A stretch of DNA of 64,000 nucleotides from an uncultured Gammaproteobacteria bacterium (lineage in GTDB: Bacteria > Patescibacteriota > Microgenomatia > Levybacterales > UBA12049), in the NCBI GenBank assembly GCA_965230895.1, contig OZ246394.1, positions 1,057,887 to 1,121,886 on the forward strand, in the 5' to 3' direction. Shown here in pieces: positions 1 through 9,189 of this stretch. Position 1 is the stretch's first letter; the number at the start of each line of letters is the position of its first letter. The notes under the pieces are model-generated. The model ran no database searches. It was not told the origin of the DNA and saw only the letters and a list, made by a program, of their open reading frames with translations. Position numbers and translations under genes: made by a program.

Positions 1-416
1 TCCTTGCATATAACGCAGATCTTGCAAATGGTTTAGGCAATCTGGTAGCAAGAGTTGCTAAGCTGAGTGAAACTGTTGACTTAACAGTTGAAGAAACGGA
101 TTCAGAATCGCTTAAGCAGGGGATCTATGATACTGCTTACACAGAAGCATTCGATGCTTTTAAATTTAACGATGCGATTGGAGTTGTTTGGCAAAGGATT
201 ACAGACGTAGATAGATATATTAATGAGGAAAAACCTTGGGTACTTGTAAAATCAGATCAGGACAAAGCAAAAGCAGTACTTTCTAAATGTGTAGATGAAA
301 TTCGTAAAATTGCAGTTTTACTAGAGCCATTTTTACCAGATACAGCACAAGCGGTACAAAAACAATTCACTGGTCCAAAAATCGTTTCAGGAAAGCCATT
401 ATTCCCAAGAATCTAA
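1..416 (+). CDS. metG: methionyl-tRNA synthetase, 3' end (partial; N-terminus lies upstream of the window)
   Basis: Frame ending at the TAA at 414-416 translates to ...YNADLANGLGNLVARV...EEKPWVL..., matching the MetRS anticodon-binding/C-terminal region (NxDLANDLGNL motif, KPW). Confidence 0.65.
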   Translation, partial: LAYNADLANGLGNLVARVAKLSETVDLTVEETDSESLKQGIYDTAYTEAFDAFKFNDAIGVVWQRITDVDRYINEEKPWVLVKSDQDKAKAVLSKCVDEIRKIAVLLEPFLPDTAQAVQKQFTGPKIVSGKPLFPRI

Positions 417-422
417 TCTGAC

Positions 423-1286
423 ATGATTGACGTTCACTGCCATCTCCAATTCCAGAAATTTGAAGAAGATTATGACGCTGTAATAAACGCGGCTTTTGAT
501 GCTGGTATAACAAAGATTATCAATACAGGCACACAACTTTCCTCAAGTCGTAAAGCAGTAGAATTCGCTGATAAATATGAAAATCTTTATTCCATTATTG
601 GCGTGCATCCACATCATGCGGATAAAATTAAAACACATCCTGAGACAGTCGAACACACTGAAACAAATGCCGCAAATACCGATAAACGAACTACCGATGA
701 GAATTTTTGGATTGAAGAGCTTGAGAAGTTAACAAAGCATCCAAAGGTTATCGGTATAGGGGAAATAGGAATGGACTATTTTGAATATAAATCAAATGGA
801 ATTGTTGATCCAAAATTGCAGCAGGAAATCTTTGAAGCACAAATTGAACTAGCACACAGTGCAAAGCTTCCGTTACAAATTCACAACCGTCAGGCTGGAG
901 AAGATGTCATAAAGATTCTTAAATCGAAAAAGCATTTGCTCAAATCTGTCCCTGGAATGTTTCATTGCTTTGCTGGCACGAAAGAAGTATTGCATGATGC
1001 ATTGGATTTAGGATTTTATATTGGTTTCGATGGCAATATTACATACAAAGGAATTGCGCCCGGTGAAACAGTTGCTTTGTCCGATCTTGCGAAAGAAACG
1101 CCACTGGATAGAGTTGTAATAGAAACAGATGCTCCATATTTAACTCCTGTGCCGCACCGTGGAAAGAGGAACGAGCCACAATATGCTATACTGACGGCGA
1201 AACACGTTGCTGATCTCAAAGGTATCTCCTTTGAAAAACTAGTGGAACAGACAGACAAAAATGTCTATACTATTTTTAATATATGA
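423..1286 (+). CDS. tatD: TatD-family metal-dependent hydrolase (DNase)
   Basis: N-terminal MIDVHCHL, internal GEIGMDY (GEIGLD-like) and C-terminal ETDAPYLTP motifs; the stop overlaps the next start (ATGA). Confidence 0.8.
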   Translation: MIDVHCHLQFQKFEEDYDAVINAAFDAGITKIINTGTQLSSSRKAVEFADKYENLYSIIGVHPHHADKIKTHPETVEHTETNAANTDKRTTDENFWIEELEKLTKHPKVIGIGEIGMDYFEYKSNGIVDPKLQQEIFEAQIELAHSAKLPLQIHNRQAGEDVIKILKSKKHLLKSVPGMFHCFAGTKEVLHDALDLGFYIGFDGNITYKGIAPGETVALSDLAKETPLDRVVIETDAPYLTPVPHRGKRNEPQYAILTAKHVADLKGISFEKLVEQTDKNVYTIFNI

Positions 1287-2776
1287 CAAGTTTTTTTGAG
1301 AAGATATTTACAAGATACCCAAATAAAACAAGACGGCTACTTGAGATTTTCCCTGGGCTTATGGCTTGGACACTCATCACCGCTCCAATTTGGGGATCAT
1401 TTTTGATTCCTACAGCACTTGCCTATTTCATCCTCTTTTTTGATGTCTACTGGCTTTATAAATCGTTTAATCTAGTCTATACAGCATCTATTTCTTCAAG
1501 AAAGATAAGTAAAGCAGAAGCAACAGACTGGTACGAAAAAGTAAAAGATCTCGAACATGTTAAGAAAGTGCACCATACACTTATTATTCTTAATTACAAA
1601 GAATCTGTTGAGAAAGTAAGTAAAACCTTAGATATTTTGGCAAACCAAAGTTTCCCTGCAAAACAATTGCATATTGTGCTTGCGATGGAAGAGCGAGAAG
1701 CTGAGGCAAAAGAACGCGGAGCAACTTTAGTTAAAAAATATAAAGATGTTTTTGGAAGTATCTTCCCGACGTTTCATCCTGATGTTCCAGGTGAAGTAAA
1801 AGGGAAATCATCAAACGAAGCATATGCAGGACGCGAAGCATATAAAAGATTATATGAAGATGGTAATTTTGATATCGATTATGCAACAATTTCATCGGTT
1901 GATGCGGATTCACTTTTCCATAAAGAGTATTTCTCATATCTTACCTATAAATTCCTTAAGGATCCAAAACGGCATAACAAATTCTGGCAATCAGCGATTG
2001 TCTTTCATAACAATATTTGGGATGTGCCTGCACCAACACGCGTAACTTCATTTTTTGGTACTTTATATAGAATTGCACTCCTTGTTCAAGGAGATAAGCT
2101 TCTTACTCACGCAACATATTCATTATCGTTTAAGCTCCTGAAAGAAATTGACTTCTGGGATGTTGATGTAATTCCTGAAGATTATCGCATCTTCTTTAAA
2201 GCGTTCTATCAGAAAAAAGGTGAAATCTGGTGTGAGCCAATATTCCTTAAAACAGGTATGGATGCAGCGCAATCAAAAGGATACATTGATAGTTTAAAGA
2301 ACAAATATCATCAAGAACGGCGATGGTCATGGGGCGTTTCTGACAACCCGCTCTTTATCAAATGGTGGTTTAATGTTCCAGGCGTTCCATTCTTTAGAAA
2401 GACAGCGCTTATGTTCAACGTCCTTCTCGATCATATCCTCTGGCCAAGCAGTTGGTTTATTGTAACAATTGCAGCCAATGTTATGGCCATAATTAATCCT
2501 GTTTATTCACGAACAGCATTAGGTTTTAGTTTGCCACAGCTCGCAGGTGCAATTCTTAATTTCGCTTTACTCGCATTATTGGCAATGTTGTATATAGACT
2601 ATAAGAACAGACCTGCTAACCAAAATCTACCTACCTATCGTAAATTACTTTTTCCATTTGAATTTTTACTCATGCCACTTGTCGGATTTTTCCTATCTGC
2701 ACTTCCTGCACTAATTTCTCATACACAATTGATGTTAGGAAAAAGACTTGAGTATAAGGTAACTGACAAAGTCTAA
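1283..2776 (+). CDS. integral-membrane processive family-2 glycosyltransferase-like protein (cellulose/chitin/hyaluronan-synthase-like; DxD and QxxRW motifs)
   Basis: TM helices at both ends; SSVDADS (DxD-like) and HQERRWSWG (QxxRW) motifs; translationally coupled to tatD. Confidence 0.5.
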   Translation: MTSFFEKIFTRYPNKTRRLLEIFPGLMAWTLITAPIWGSFLIPTALAYFILFFDVYWLYKSFNLVYTASISSRKISKAEATDWYEKVKDLEHVKKVHHTLIILNYKESVEKVSKTLDILANQSFPAKQLHIVLAMEEREAEAKERGATLVKKYKDVFGSIFPTFHPDVPGEVKGKSSNEAYAGREAYKRLYEDGNFDIDYATISSVDADSLFHKEYFSYLTYKFLKDPKRHNKFWQSAIVFHNNIWDVPAPTRVTSFFGTLYRIALLVQGDKLLTHATYSLSFKLLKEIDFWDVDVIPEDYRIFFKAFYQKKGEIWCEPIFLKTGMDAAQSKGYIDSLKNKYHQERRWSWGVSDNPLFIKWWFNVPGVPFFRKTALMFNVLLDHILWPSSWFIVTIAANVMAIINPVYSRTALGFSLPQLAGAILNFALLALLAMLYIDYKNRPANQNLPTYRKLLFPFEFLLMPLVGFFLSALPALISHTQLMLGKRLEYKVTDKV

Positions 2777-2847
2777 CATGCTGCCTCTTCAAATTACTAA
2801 TTGAACTCTGAAGCAATAAAGTAGAAAATGGATATAGGCAAATATTT

Positions 2848-4338
2848 ATGAATTTCCTCTCTCATTTAGAAAAAAATAAACAATTCTGGTCAATACTCGT
2901 TCTTTGCGTTTTTTTCTTCATATTACGTTTACCTTCTTTAATTGAGCCACATTGGTATGGAGATGAAGGTATTTATCAAGTCATCGGGCAAGCATTACAT
3001 CAAGGAAACCTTCTCTATAAAGATATTTGGGACAATAAACCACCTCTTCTTTATGCTCTCTACGCGATAGCAAACGGCGATCAACCAACGATTAGGCTTC
3101 TCTCAATGATTTTTGGAATTGCTTCTGTACCATTATTCTTTTTCTTAACAAAAAAACTATTTGAATCTACAAGAATAAGCACTCTTTCTACGCTATTATA
3201 TGTAATACTTTTTGGTTCTCCTTTTCTCGAAGGTAATATAGCAAATGCTGAAAACTTCATGCTTCTTCTTATCCTTTCTTCAGCGCTGATTATTTATTCA
3301 TCAACACAAACAGTGAAACAAACAAAATTACAGAGACAAACACAGATTTTCATAAGTGGAATTATTTTGGGAATTGCTTTTCTTTTCAAAATCGTGGCGA
3401 TATTTGATACAGCAGCTTTTGCACTCTTTCTAGCTTTTGGTACACTTTCTACATTATCTAAGCGATCACTAAGAAATGCATTTTTACATATTCTTCCATT
3501 GGTTCTTGGAGTTATTATTCCATTTGTTATTTCTGTTATTTATTTCTCTTTAAACGGTATCCTTGCAGAATATTTAATGAGTGCATTTACTCAGAACATT
3601 GACTATGTCGGTAAAGAAAATTACTTATTCGAAATTCCTCAAGGATTACTGATAGTAAAAATACTTCTTTTGATTAGTGCTATTATTTTTATATTCCTTA
3701 AACGACACTTTTTTTCAAAAGCAACTCTTTTTATTATCTTATGGACGACACTTGCACTTTTTAGTGCAAATTTTTCAGGTCGACCATATACACATTATAT
3801 GTTAGTTTTGCTACCAAGTTTTTGCTTATTGCTTGGTTATATGTACTATGTCAAAAGAAAGCAGGCGAAAAAATTAACTTTTGTTGCTCTAGCGACAATG
3901 AGTATTTATTTTTCCCTTACATTTCCTCTTTATGGGATAGGCAAAACTTTCGAATATTACCAAAATGCAATTGCATTTCTAACCAATCAGAAAGATCTGC
4001 GTTCGTATCAAGCTTTCTTTGATTATAAAACGCCACGAGATTATGCAATTGCTTCATTTATAAAAGCAAATACTACAGATAAAGATAAAATTTTCATCTG
4101 GGGGGACAGTCCTCAAATTTATGCAATTGCAAATAAACTACCCCCTTATAAATATGCAGTCGCATATCATGTTATTCAGAGCCCTGAGCTTCTTAACCAG
4201 ACGCAACAAGCAATTGACAAAACAAAACCCAAATATATTATTGTACTTCCTGAAACCCAGCCCTTGCTGTTTAGCGCACCACTTTATATAATTCGATTTA
4301 ATATAGAAGGGGCAATTATTTATGAACGAAGCATTTAA
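2848..4338 (+). CDS. GT-C fold membrane glycosyltransferase (ArnT/PMT/GT39-83-like, polyprenyl-phosphate-sugar dependent)
   Basis: About 11 predicted TM segments; N-terminal loop HWYGDEGIY...DNKPPLLY resembles the Asp/Glu motif of ArnT/PMT-type GT-C enzymes; C-terminal soluble domain. Confidence 0.55.
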   Translation: MNFLSHLEKNKQFWSILVLCVFFFILRLPSLIEPHWYGDEGIYQVIGQALHQGNLLYKDIWDNKPPLLYALYAIANGDQPTIRLLSMIFGIASVPLFFFLTKKLFESTRISTLSTLLYVILFGSPFLEGNIANAENFMLLLILSSALIIYSSTQTVKQTKLQRQTQIFISGIILGIAFLFKIVAIFDTAAFALFLAFGTLSTLSKRSLRNAFLHILPLVLGVIIPFVISVIYFSLNGILAEYLMSAFTQNIDYVGKENYLFEIPQGLLIVKILLLISAIIFIFLKRHFFSKATLFIILWTTLALFSANFSGRPYTHYMLVLLPSFCLLLGYMYYVKRKQAKKLTFVALATMSIYFSLTFPLYGIGKTFEYYQNAIAFLTNQKDLRSYQAFFDYKTPRDYAIASFIKANTTDKDKIFIWGDSPQIYAIANKLPPYKYAVAYHVIQSPELLNQTQQAIDKTKPKYIIVLPETQPLLFSAPLYIIRFNIEGAIIYERSI

Positions 4339-4675
4339 AAAGATACAAGCAGACAAAATTATTCGTATTGCAATGAGTATTTCACTCGGCCTTATTGTTA
4401 TGCATGCATTATATATTGCAATCCATTTTCTCTCACTCCCGCCAGTACTTCCGTTGTACAATCAAATGCCCTGGGGAGAAACGAGACTTGGGTCTAAGTT
4501 AGAAATATTTATCCCTTTAGCTATCACAATAACCTTTTTTCTATTTAATTATTTCTTCCTCGCAAGGCTTTATAACGCAATGCCACTAGTATCACGTATT
4601 ATAGGTATAACAACACTTCTTGTCTCGATACTTTCAATTATTTTTATTATTAGAACTTTGCAGCTTATTTTATAA
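4322..4675 (+). CDS. small integral membrane protein (3 predicted TM), unknown function
   Basis: 117-aa hydrophobic ORF overlapping the previous stop by 17 nt; its stop overlaps the next start (TAATG). Its coupling within the glycosylation operon supports it being real. Confidence 0.3.
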   Translation: MNEAFKKIQADKIIRIAMSISLGLIVMHALYIAIHFLSLPPVLPLYNQMPWGETRLGSKLEIFIPLAITITFFLFNYFFLARLYNAMPLVSRIIGITTLLVSILSIIFIIRTLQLIL

Positions 4676-5781
4676 TGACTATTGTACCAGACATTACTAC
4701 GTTTGCACTTTTGCCATTCATTGCAGCGCTCATTATTACTGCTTCTTTGACATTTGTATCGATCCGTCTTTCTAAAAAACTTGGACTTATGGACGATCCA
4801 AAACTTCATAAGCACCCAGGAATCATCCATACAAAACCTATACCACGAGGAGGAGGAATTCCGTTATTCTTTGGAGCATTTTTTGCGAGTATTCTTTTTA
4901 TACCGTTTAATGGCATGATCAGTGCTGTATTTTTTGCAGCTTTCTTAGCACTATCAGTCGGAATTATTGATGACAAATTAAACGCGCAATCAAAAGATGT
5001 CTCACCATACGTGCGATTTCTTGTAAATATTCTAACCGCAATTATTGTTGTTGCAAGTGGCGTAACTATCCATTTCATTACAAATCCTTTTGGTGAGGGC
5101 GTGTTGCAATTGGATGCTATAAAGTTCGGATTACCTTTTATTCCATTTACATTAGTCCTTTCTGATCTCGTTTCTGTTATATGGCTTATTTGGGTTATGA
5201 ATATGATTAATTGGAGTAAAGGTGTCGATGGGCAGATGCCCGGAATTGTCGCTATATCTGCAATCGTTATTGGAATATTAAGCTTGAAACTTAATTCCAT
5301 GGGAGATGGAAGCTTTGTCGATGCACAGCTATCATTTATTATTGCTGGCTGTGCAATAGGATTCCTAATTTTCAACTTCTACCCAGCAAAAATATTTCCT
5401 GGATATGGCGCAACCGCACTGTATCTTCTTCTTGGAGTAGCCTCAATCTTAACAAGCGCCAAACTTGCAACTGCAATTCTCGTCTTAGGTGTACCGATGT
5501 TCGATGCACTTTTTATAATAATTCGGCGGCTTCTCAACAAGAAATCTCCATTCCAGGGTGACAAAAAACATCTCCACCATATTCTGCTAAAATTAGGGTA
5601 TAATCAAAGACAGGTCGCATTGTATTACTGGTGCTTCTCTGCTATATTGGGTTTAATTGCTCTCGGTTTGGAAAGCAAAAGTAAAATCTTTGCAATTATT
5701 ATGGTAATAGCATGTACAGGCGGAGCTTTACTCTTTTTACATAGGATTACTAAAACAAAAAATGAAGAACTCACTTCGTAA
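4675..5781 (+). CDS. polyprenyl-phosphate N-acetylhexosamine-1-phosphate transferase (MraY/WecA family)
   Basis: About 10 TM segments; GIIDDKLN (DDxxD-like) and MNMINWSKGVDGQ (NxxNxxDGxDG) motifs, plus a C-terminal HLHHILLKLG as in WecA/WbpL. Confidence 0.75.
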   Translation: MTIVPDITTFALLPFIAALIITASLTFVSIRLSKKLGLMDDPKLHKHPGIIHTKPIPRGGGIPLFFGAFFASILFIPFNGMISAVFFAAFLALSVGIIDDKLNAQSKDVSPYVRFLVNILTAIIVVASGVTIHFITNPFGEGVLQLDAIKFGLPFIPFTLVLSDLVSVIWLIWVMNMINWSKGVDGQMPGIVAISAIVIGILSLKLNSMGDGSFVDAQLSFIIAGCAIGFLIFNFYPAKIFPGYGATALYLLLGVASILTSAKLATAILVLGVPMFDALFIIIRRLLNKKSPFQGDKKHLHHILLKLGYNQRQVALYYWCFSAILGLIALGLESKSKIFAIIMVIACTGGALLFLHRITKTKNEELTS

Positions 5782-6697
5782 TATTTTCCGTCTGCTCCGT
5801 CCACGTCAGTGGATAAAAAACTTTGCTATTTTTGCAGCACTTCTTTTCAGTGGTCAACTTTTTGATATTACTCTTATCCAAAAAGTAGCAGAAGGCTTTA
5901 TCATATTTTGTGCAATTTCAAGTGCTATTTATGTAATTAATGACATACTTGATGTTGAGAAAGATAAACTCCATCCTTTTAAGCGCTTTCGACCTATTGC
6001 ACATGGTGATGTATCTGTAAGAGCAGCAATAATTGTAGCAACTACCCTGGCTGCCGGTTCAATCATCGCAAGTTATTTTATTGATCCAGCATTCTTCATC
6101 ATTACCATTATTTATTTTGTATTACAACTTGGCTATTCTGCGTATCTCAAACATATTGAAATTGTTGATATTTTAACATTAGCGGCAGGATACATACTTC
6201 GCGTATTTGCCGGAGAGATAGTAACTGATACGCATATCTCTGCTTGGCTTTTCCTGACTGTGATTTCGCTATCTCTCTTCTTAGCTATTGGGAAACGCAG
6301 GTCAGAGATTACATTACTTTCGCACCAGCCTGGCCCACAATTAGCAACAAGAAAAACATTGTCTCATTATACTGATAAGCTCTTAGATATATATCTGTCT
6401 ATTTTTGCAACTTCAACATTTATTTCCTATGCACTATTTACATTCTTAGAGAATCCGGCAGGATTACAATTTACTTTTGATATTATTCCAGCAGATATAC
6501 TTGGCACATATTTACAGAGAAAATGGTTAATGATAACTATCATTCCAGTTGCATATGGATTGATGAGATACCTGCAAAGGATTTACGAAAAGCATGAAGG
6601 AGAAAGTCCTGAGCGGTTATTATTTTCGGATCGCCCGCTCTTAATTTCAGTTATTCTTTGGGTTCTTTTAGTCGTTATCCTCACCTACACACTGTAG
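5762..6697 (+). CDS. UbiA-family prenyltransferase, decaprenyl-phosphate phosphoribosyltransferase (DPPR synthase)-like
   Basis: Motif VINDILDVEKDKLHPFKRFRPIAHG (NDxxDxxxD...KRxRPIAxG) is typical of UbiA-family polyprenyl-phosphate 5-phosphoribosyltransferases; 8-9 TM segments; overlaps the upstream gene by 20 nt. Confidence 0.65.
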   Translation: MKNSLRNIFRLLRPRQWIKNFAIFAALLFSGQLFDITLIQKVAEGFIIFCAISSAIYVINDILDVEKDKLHPFKRFRPIAHGDVSVRAAIIVATTLAAGSIIASYFIDPAFFIITIIYFVLQLGYSAYLKHIEIVDILTLAAGYILRVFAGEIVTDTHISAWLFLTVISLSLFLAIGKRRSEITLLSHQPGPQLATRKTLSHYTDKLLDIYLSIFATSTFISYALFTFLENPAGLQFTFDIIPADILGTYLQRKWLMITIIPVAYGLMRYLQRIYEKHEGESPERLLFSDRPLLISVILWVLLVVILTYTL

Positions 6698-6700
6698 TTA

Positions 6701-7561
6701 TTATTCTTTGGAAGCATAATCAGAACTTATCCAGCCCTTGGTACCATCATCCAATGTAATTTCAAACCATCCTTCTTGTTCTGAATTAAGAGGATATGTT
6801 TGTCCTGGAGACACTCTACCTACTTCTGCACCAGTTGTTGCAGCAGTTGCTCGAACTCGGAGAAAACCCGTAGGTGTATCAAGAATTTTAATACGCTGTT
6901 GTGCAATTGTCGGCGTAGGAGAAACTGTTGATGCCGATTCTGATGCGGGTTGAGGAGTGGTTCCATTTGTACTAAGATACGCTGTCACAGTTAATTTGTA
7001 CCCTCTAGGTGTCCGGATACGCACTTCTTTTTCTGAGTATCCCTCCTTACGGATCTTAAGAACATGATCCGATTCTGTTGGATCTTTATAATGAAGAGGT
7101 GTTGTCCCAATCAAAGCATCATCCAGGAGAACTTCTGAACCTTGAGGAAATGACGCCACGAGAAGTTCTATTTTTTGCTTGTCAGAAAGCGGAGAAAGAG
7201 AAATAATACTTCCTTCGGAGAGAGCATTCTTCCCAAATTTACGATCTACAACAGTTAAAACGGCTTGTGATATCGTTATCTTTTCTTGGAATTCCCTTAA
7301 ACTTGTATCTAAAGGAACAAGGCGGATAGTATATTCACCAGCAGCTAACATGTCAGCAGCTTCACACTTACAGAGTGGCGTTTGTCCAAGGTATTTATTA
7401 TTAAGATACACTTTACTTTCAGGGCTGGAAGTCACTTGCAATGCTCCTTTTTGAGCATTAATACTAAAATAGTACTGAACGGCAAAATAAAGACCTAGTG
7501 CGAGAATAAATGATGCTATAAAAACGATTACAATTTTCTTCATGGAGTGGATTAGGTACAT
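6701..7561 (-). CDS. membrane-anchored protein with two PEGA-like domains and a C-terminal bacterial SH3-like domain
   Basis: N-terminal TM; KVYLNNKYLGQTPL and VLLDDALIGTTPL (PEGA-like); C-terminal EGWFEITLDDGTKGWISSDYA (SH3b-like). Confidence 0.45.
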   Translation of the reverse strand: MYLIHSMKKIVIVFIASFILALGLYFAVQYYFSINAQKGALQVTSSPESKVYLNNKYLGQTPLCKCEAADMLAAGEYTIRLVPLDTSLREFQEKITISQAVLTVVDRKFGKNALSEGSIISLSPLSDKQKIELLVASFPQGSEVLLDDALIGTTPLHYKDPTESDHVLKIRKEGYSEKEVRIRTPRGYKLTVTAYLSTNGTTPQPASESASTVSPTPTIAQQRIKILDTPTGFLRVRATAATTGAEVGRVSPGQTYPLNSEQEGWFEITLDDGTKGWISSDYASKE

Positions 7562-7674
7562 TTTATCTTATCATAGCAATGATATTAATAACAAACTGCT
7601 TAAGATTGTTACAACGATAAGACTATGCAATAATTCTGTAGCGATTGGCTTATCTTATAAAAGTGTTGTGATAA

Positions 7675-9165
7675 TTACACCTCGAGGAACCGTTTCTTAA
7701 TAAATTCTTTATCTAATGATAATATCAACCATGCAGCTTTTGGCCCTGAAGACTTCCCAATGAGAACCATATAGATAGCAGCAAATGTTTCTTTCCCATT
7801 AAGTCCGAGCCCTTTACCAAACTCATAAATTTGTGTTTGGAAGTCTTCTGCATCTAACTCCTTTTCAAGCTCTCCTGCTACTTTTTTCAAAAGTTCTTTT
7901 TGTTTCTCTGAAAGGTTTTTTGCTTCATCTGGCAAAGTATCCTGGACTAAGAATTTGGCAGACTCAGGAGCATACTGCTCAACCCATACTTTTGCATATT
8001 TTGACCATTCTTCTAACCCATCTTCTACAATTCTCTTTTTCATATTTGGCATTTGCACCCATTGTGCGAGCATTGAAAATCTTATTGCTGGAGGTTTCTG
8101 AGCTTCACCAATTTGTGAAAGTTCAAAAGCTCTAGCTAAGTCAGAATCACCATTGTTAAAAAATGCATCTGCTGCTTTTTGGTACTCATCGTAAAGTTTG
8201 GGGATAATTTCGGTTTCCTTTGGATTGAATTCCACAGCCTTATTTGGATCAGTTTTAATCATTAAAAATCGGGCGATCTGTGGAGGTAAAACATCGAGTA
8301 GCTCCTCACCGGTTAAGCCTAAACCTTTTGAAGATGACATCTTTTTTCCATTCCATAAAAAGAATTCATACGCGAAAGCTGTTGGTGGTTCTTGCTTAAA
8401 TACTTCTCTAAGAATATTCGCAGCTACCTCAAATGATCCACCAGCAGACATATGGTCTTTACCTGAGCACTCTATTGAGACTTTAAATGTATACCATTTT
8501 ACAGACCATTCAGGTTTCCATGGCATTTTTGCATTACCGTCAAAAGGAGAAACCTTTCCAGTAGTTCCGCAACCTTTTGCCCATGTAACCATATCCGGGA
8601 TACATGTATAGGTAACTTCTTTTCCATCCCAATCTGTTACTTTCGTTGTACCAAGTTTGCCACACTTTTGACAAATAACTTGCAATGGATACCAACTATC
8701 TTTGACTGGATGTTTGTACATTTCCTCATAGACGTTGCGTACTTTAGTGACATTGTCCAACATAATTTTAATGCCATCATTATAAACACCGTTCTTGTAA
8801 TTTTCTGATGCAAGATATATCTCTGCTTCTACTCCAAGTAATTTGAACAAGTTGCGCATTCGATTTCCGAAATAGTCTGCAAATGTTCCACTCCCATCAG
8901 GGGAAGGAGCGAGGAATGTAGGAACTCCCATGTATTCCCCATAGGATTCTTGCATTGCAGCAGGAAGCCCATCAATTGGATCAAAGTCATCAAAACCAAA
9001 TGTATACTTTACATCATGTCCTTGCTCTCTTAATGCTTTATATATGACATCATGGATAACTGGACCTTTCAGTCCACCCATATGCACAATACCAGACGGC
9101 GTCCAGGCATCATTAACCCACTCTTTTCCTTTTCTTTTTTGTACAAATTCATCTACCCAAAACAT
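7675..9165 (-). CDS. lysK: class I (archaeal-type) lysyl-tRNA synthetase
   Basis: KMSSSKG signature (class I LysRS KMSKS variant); N-terminal PSGIVHMGG (HIGH-like region); Cys-rich zinc site CQKCGKLG...YTC; 496 aa. Confidence 0.7.
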   Translation of the reverse strand: MFWVDEFVQKRKGKEWVNDAWTPSGIVHMGGLKGPVIHDVIYKALREQGHDVKYTFGFDDFDPIDGLPAAMQESYGEYMGVPTFLAPSPDGSGTFADYFGNRMRNLFKLLGVEAEIYLASENYKNGVYNDGIKIMLDNVTKVRNVYEEMYKHPVKDSWYPLQVICQKCGKLGTTKVTDWDGKEVTYTCIPDMVTWAKGCGTTGKVSPFDGNAKMPWKPEWSVKWYTFKVSIECSGKDHMSAGGSFEVAANILREVFKQEPPTAFAYEFFLWNGKKMSSSKGLGLTGEELLDVLPPQIARFLMIKTDPNKAVEFNPKETEIIPKLYDEYQKAADAFFNNGDSDLARAFELSQIGEAQKPPAIRFSMLAQWVQMPNMKKRIVEDGLEEWSKYAKVWVEQYAPESAKFLVQDTLPDEAKNLSEKQKELLKKVAGELEKELDAEDFQTQIYEFGKGLGLNGKETFAAIYMVLIGKSSGPKAAWLILSLDKEFIKKRFLEV

Positions 9166-9189
9166 AAGCTCTATTATACTACACCTTTC

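Noticed and set aside
1016-1258. Antisense ORFs nested inside confident genes (e.g. 1016-1258 -, 1731-1937 -, 4806-5375 -, 6738-6953 +, 8198-8611 +, 15764-16327 +, 33877-34188 +, 56232-56783 -, 57663-58067 -, 61031-61288 + and similar)
   Set aside because: They lie wholly within, and opposite or out of frame to, ORFs with strong family signatures; they have low-complexity or unusual composition and no motifs. They are treated as shadow ORFs.
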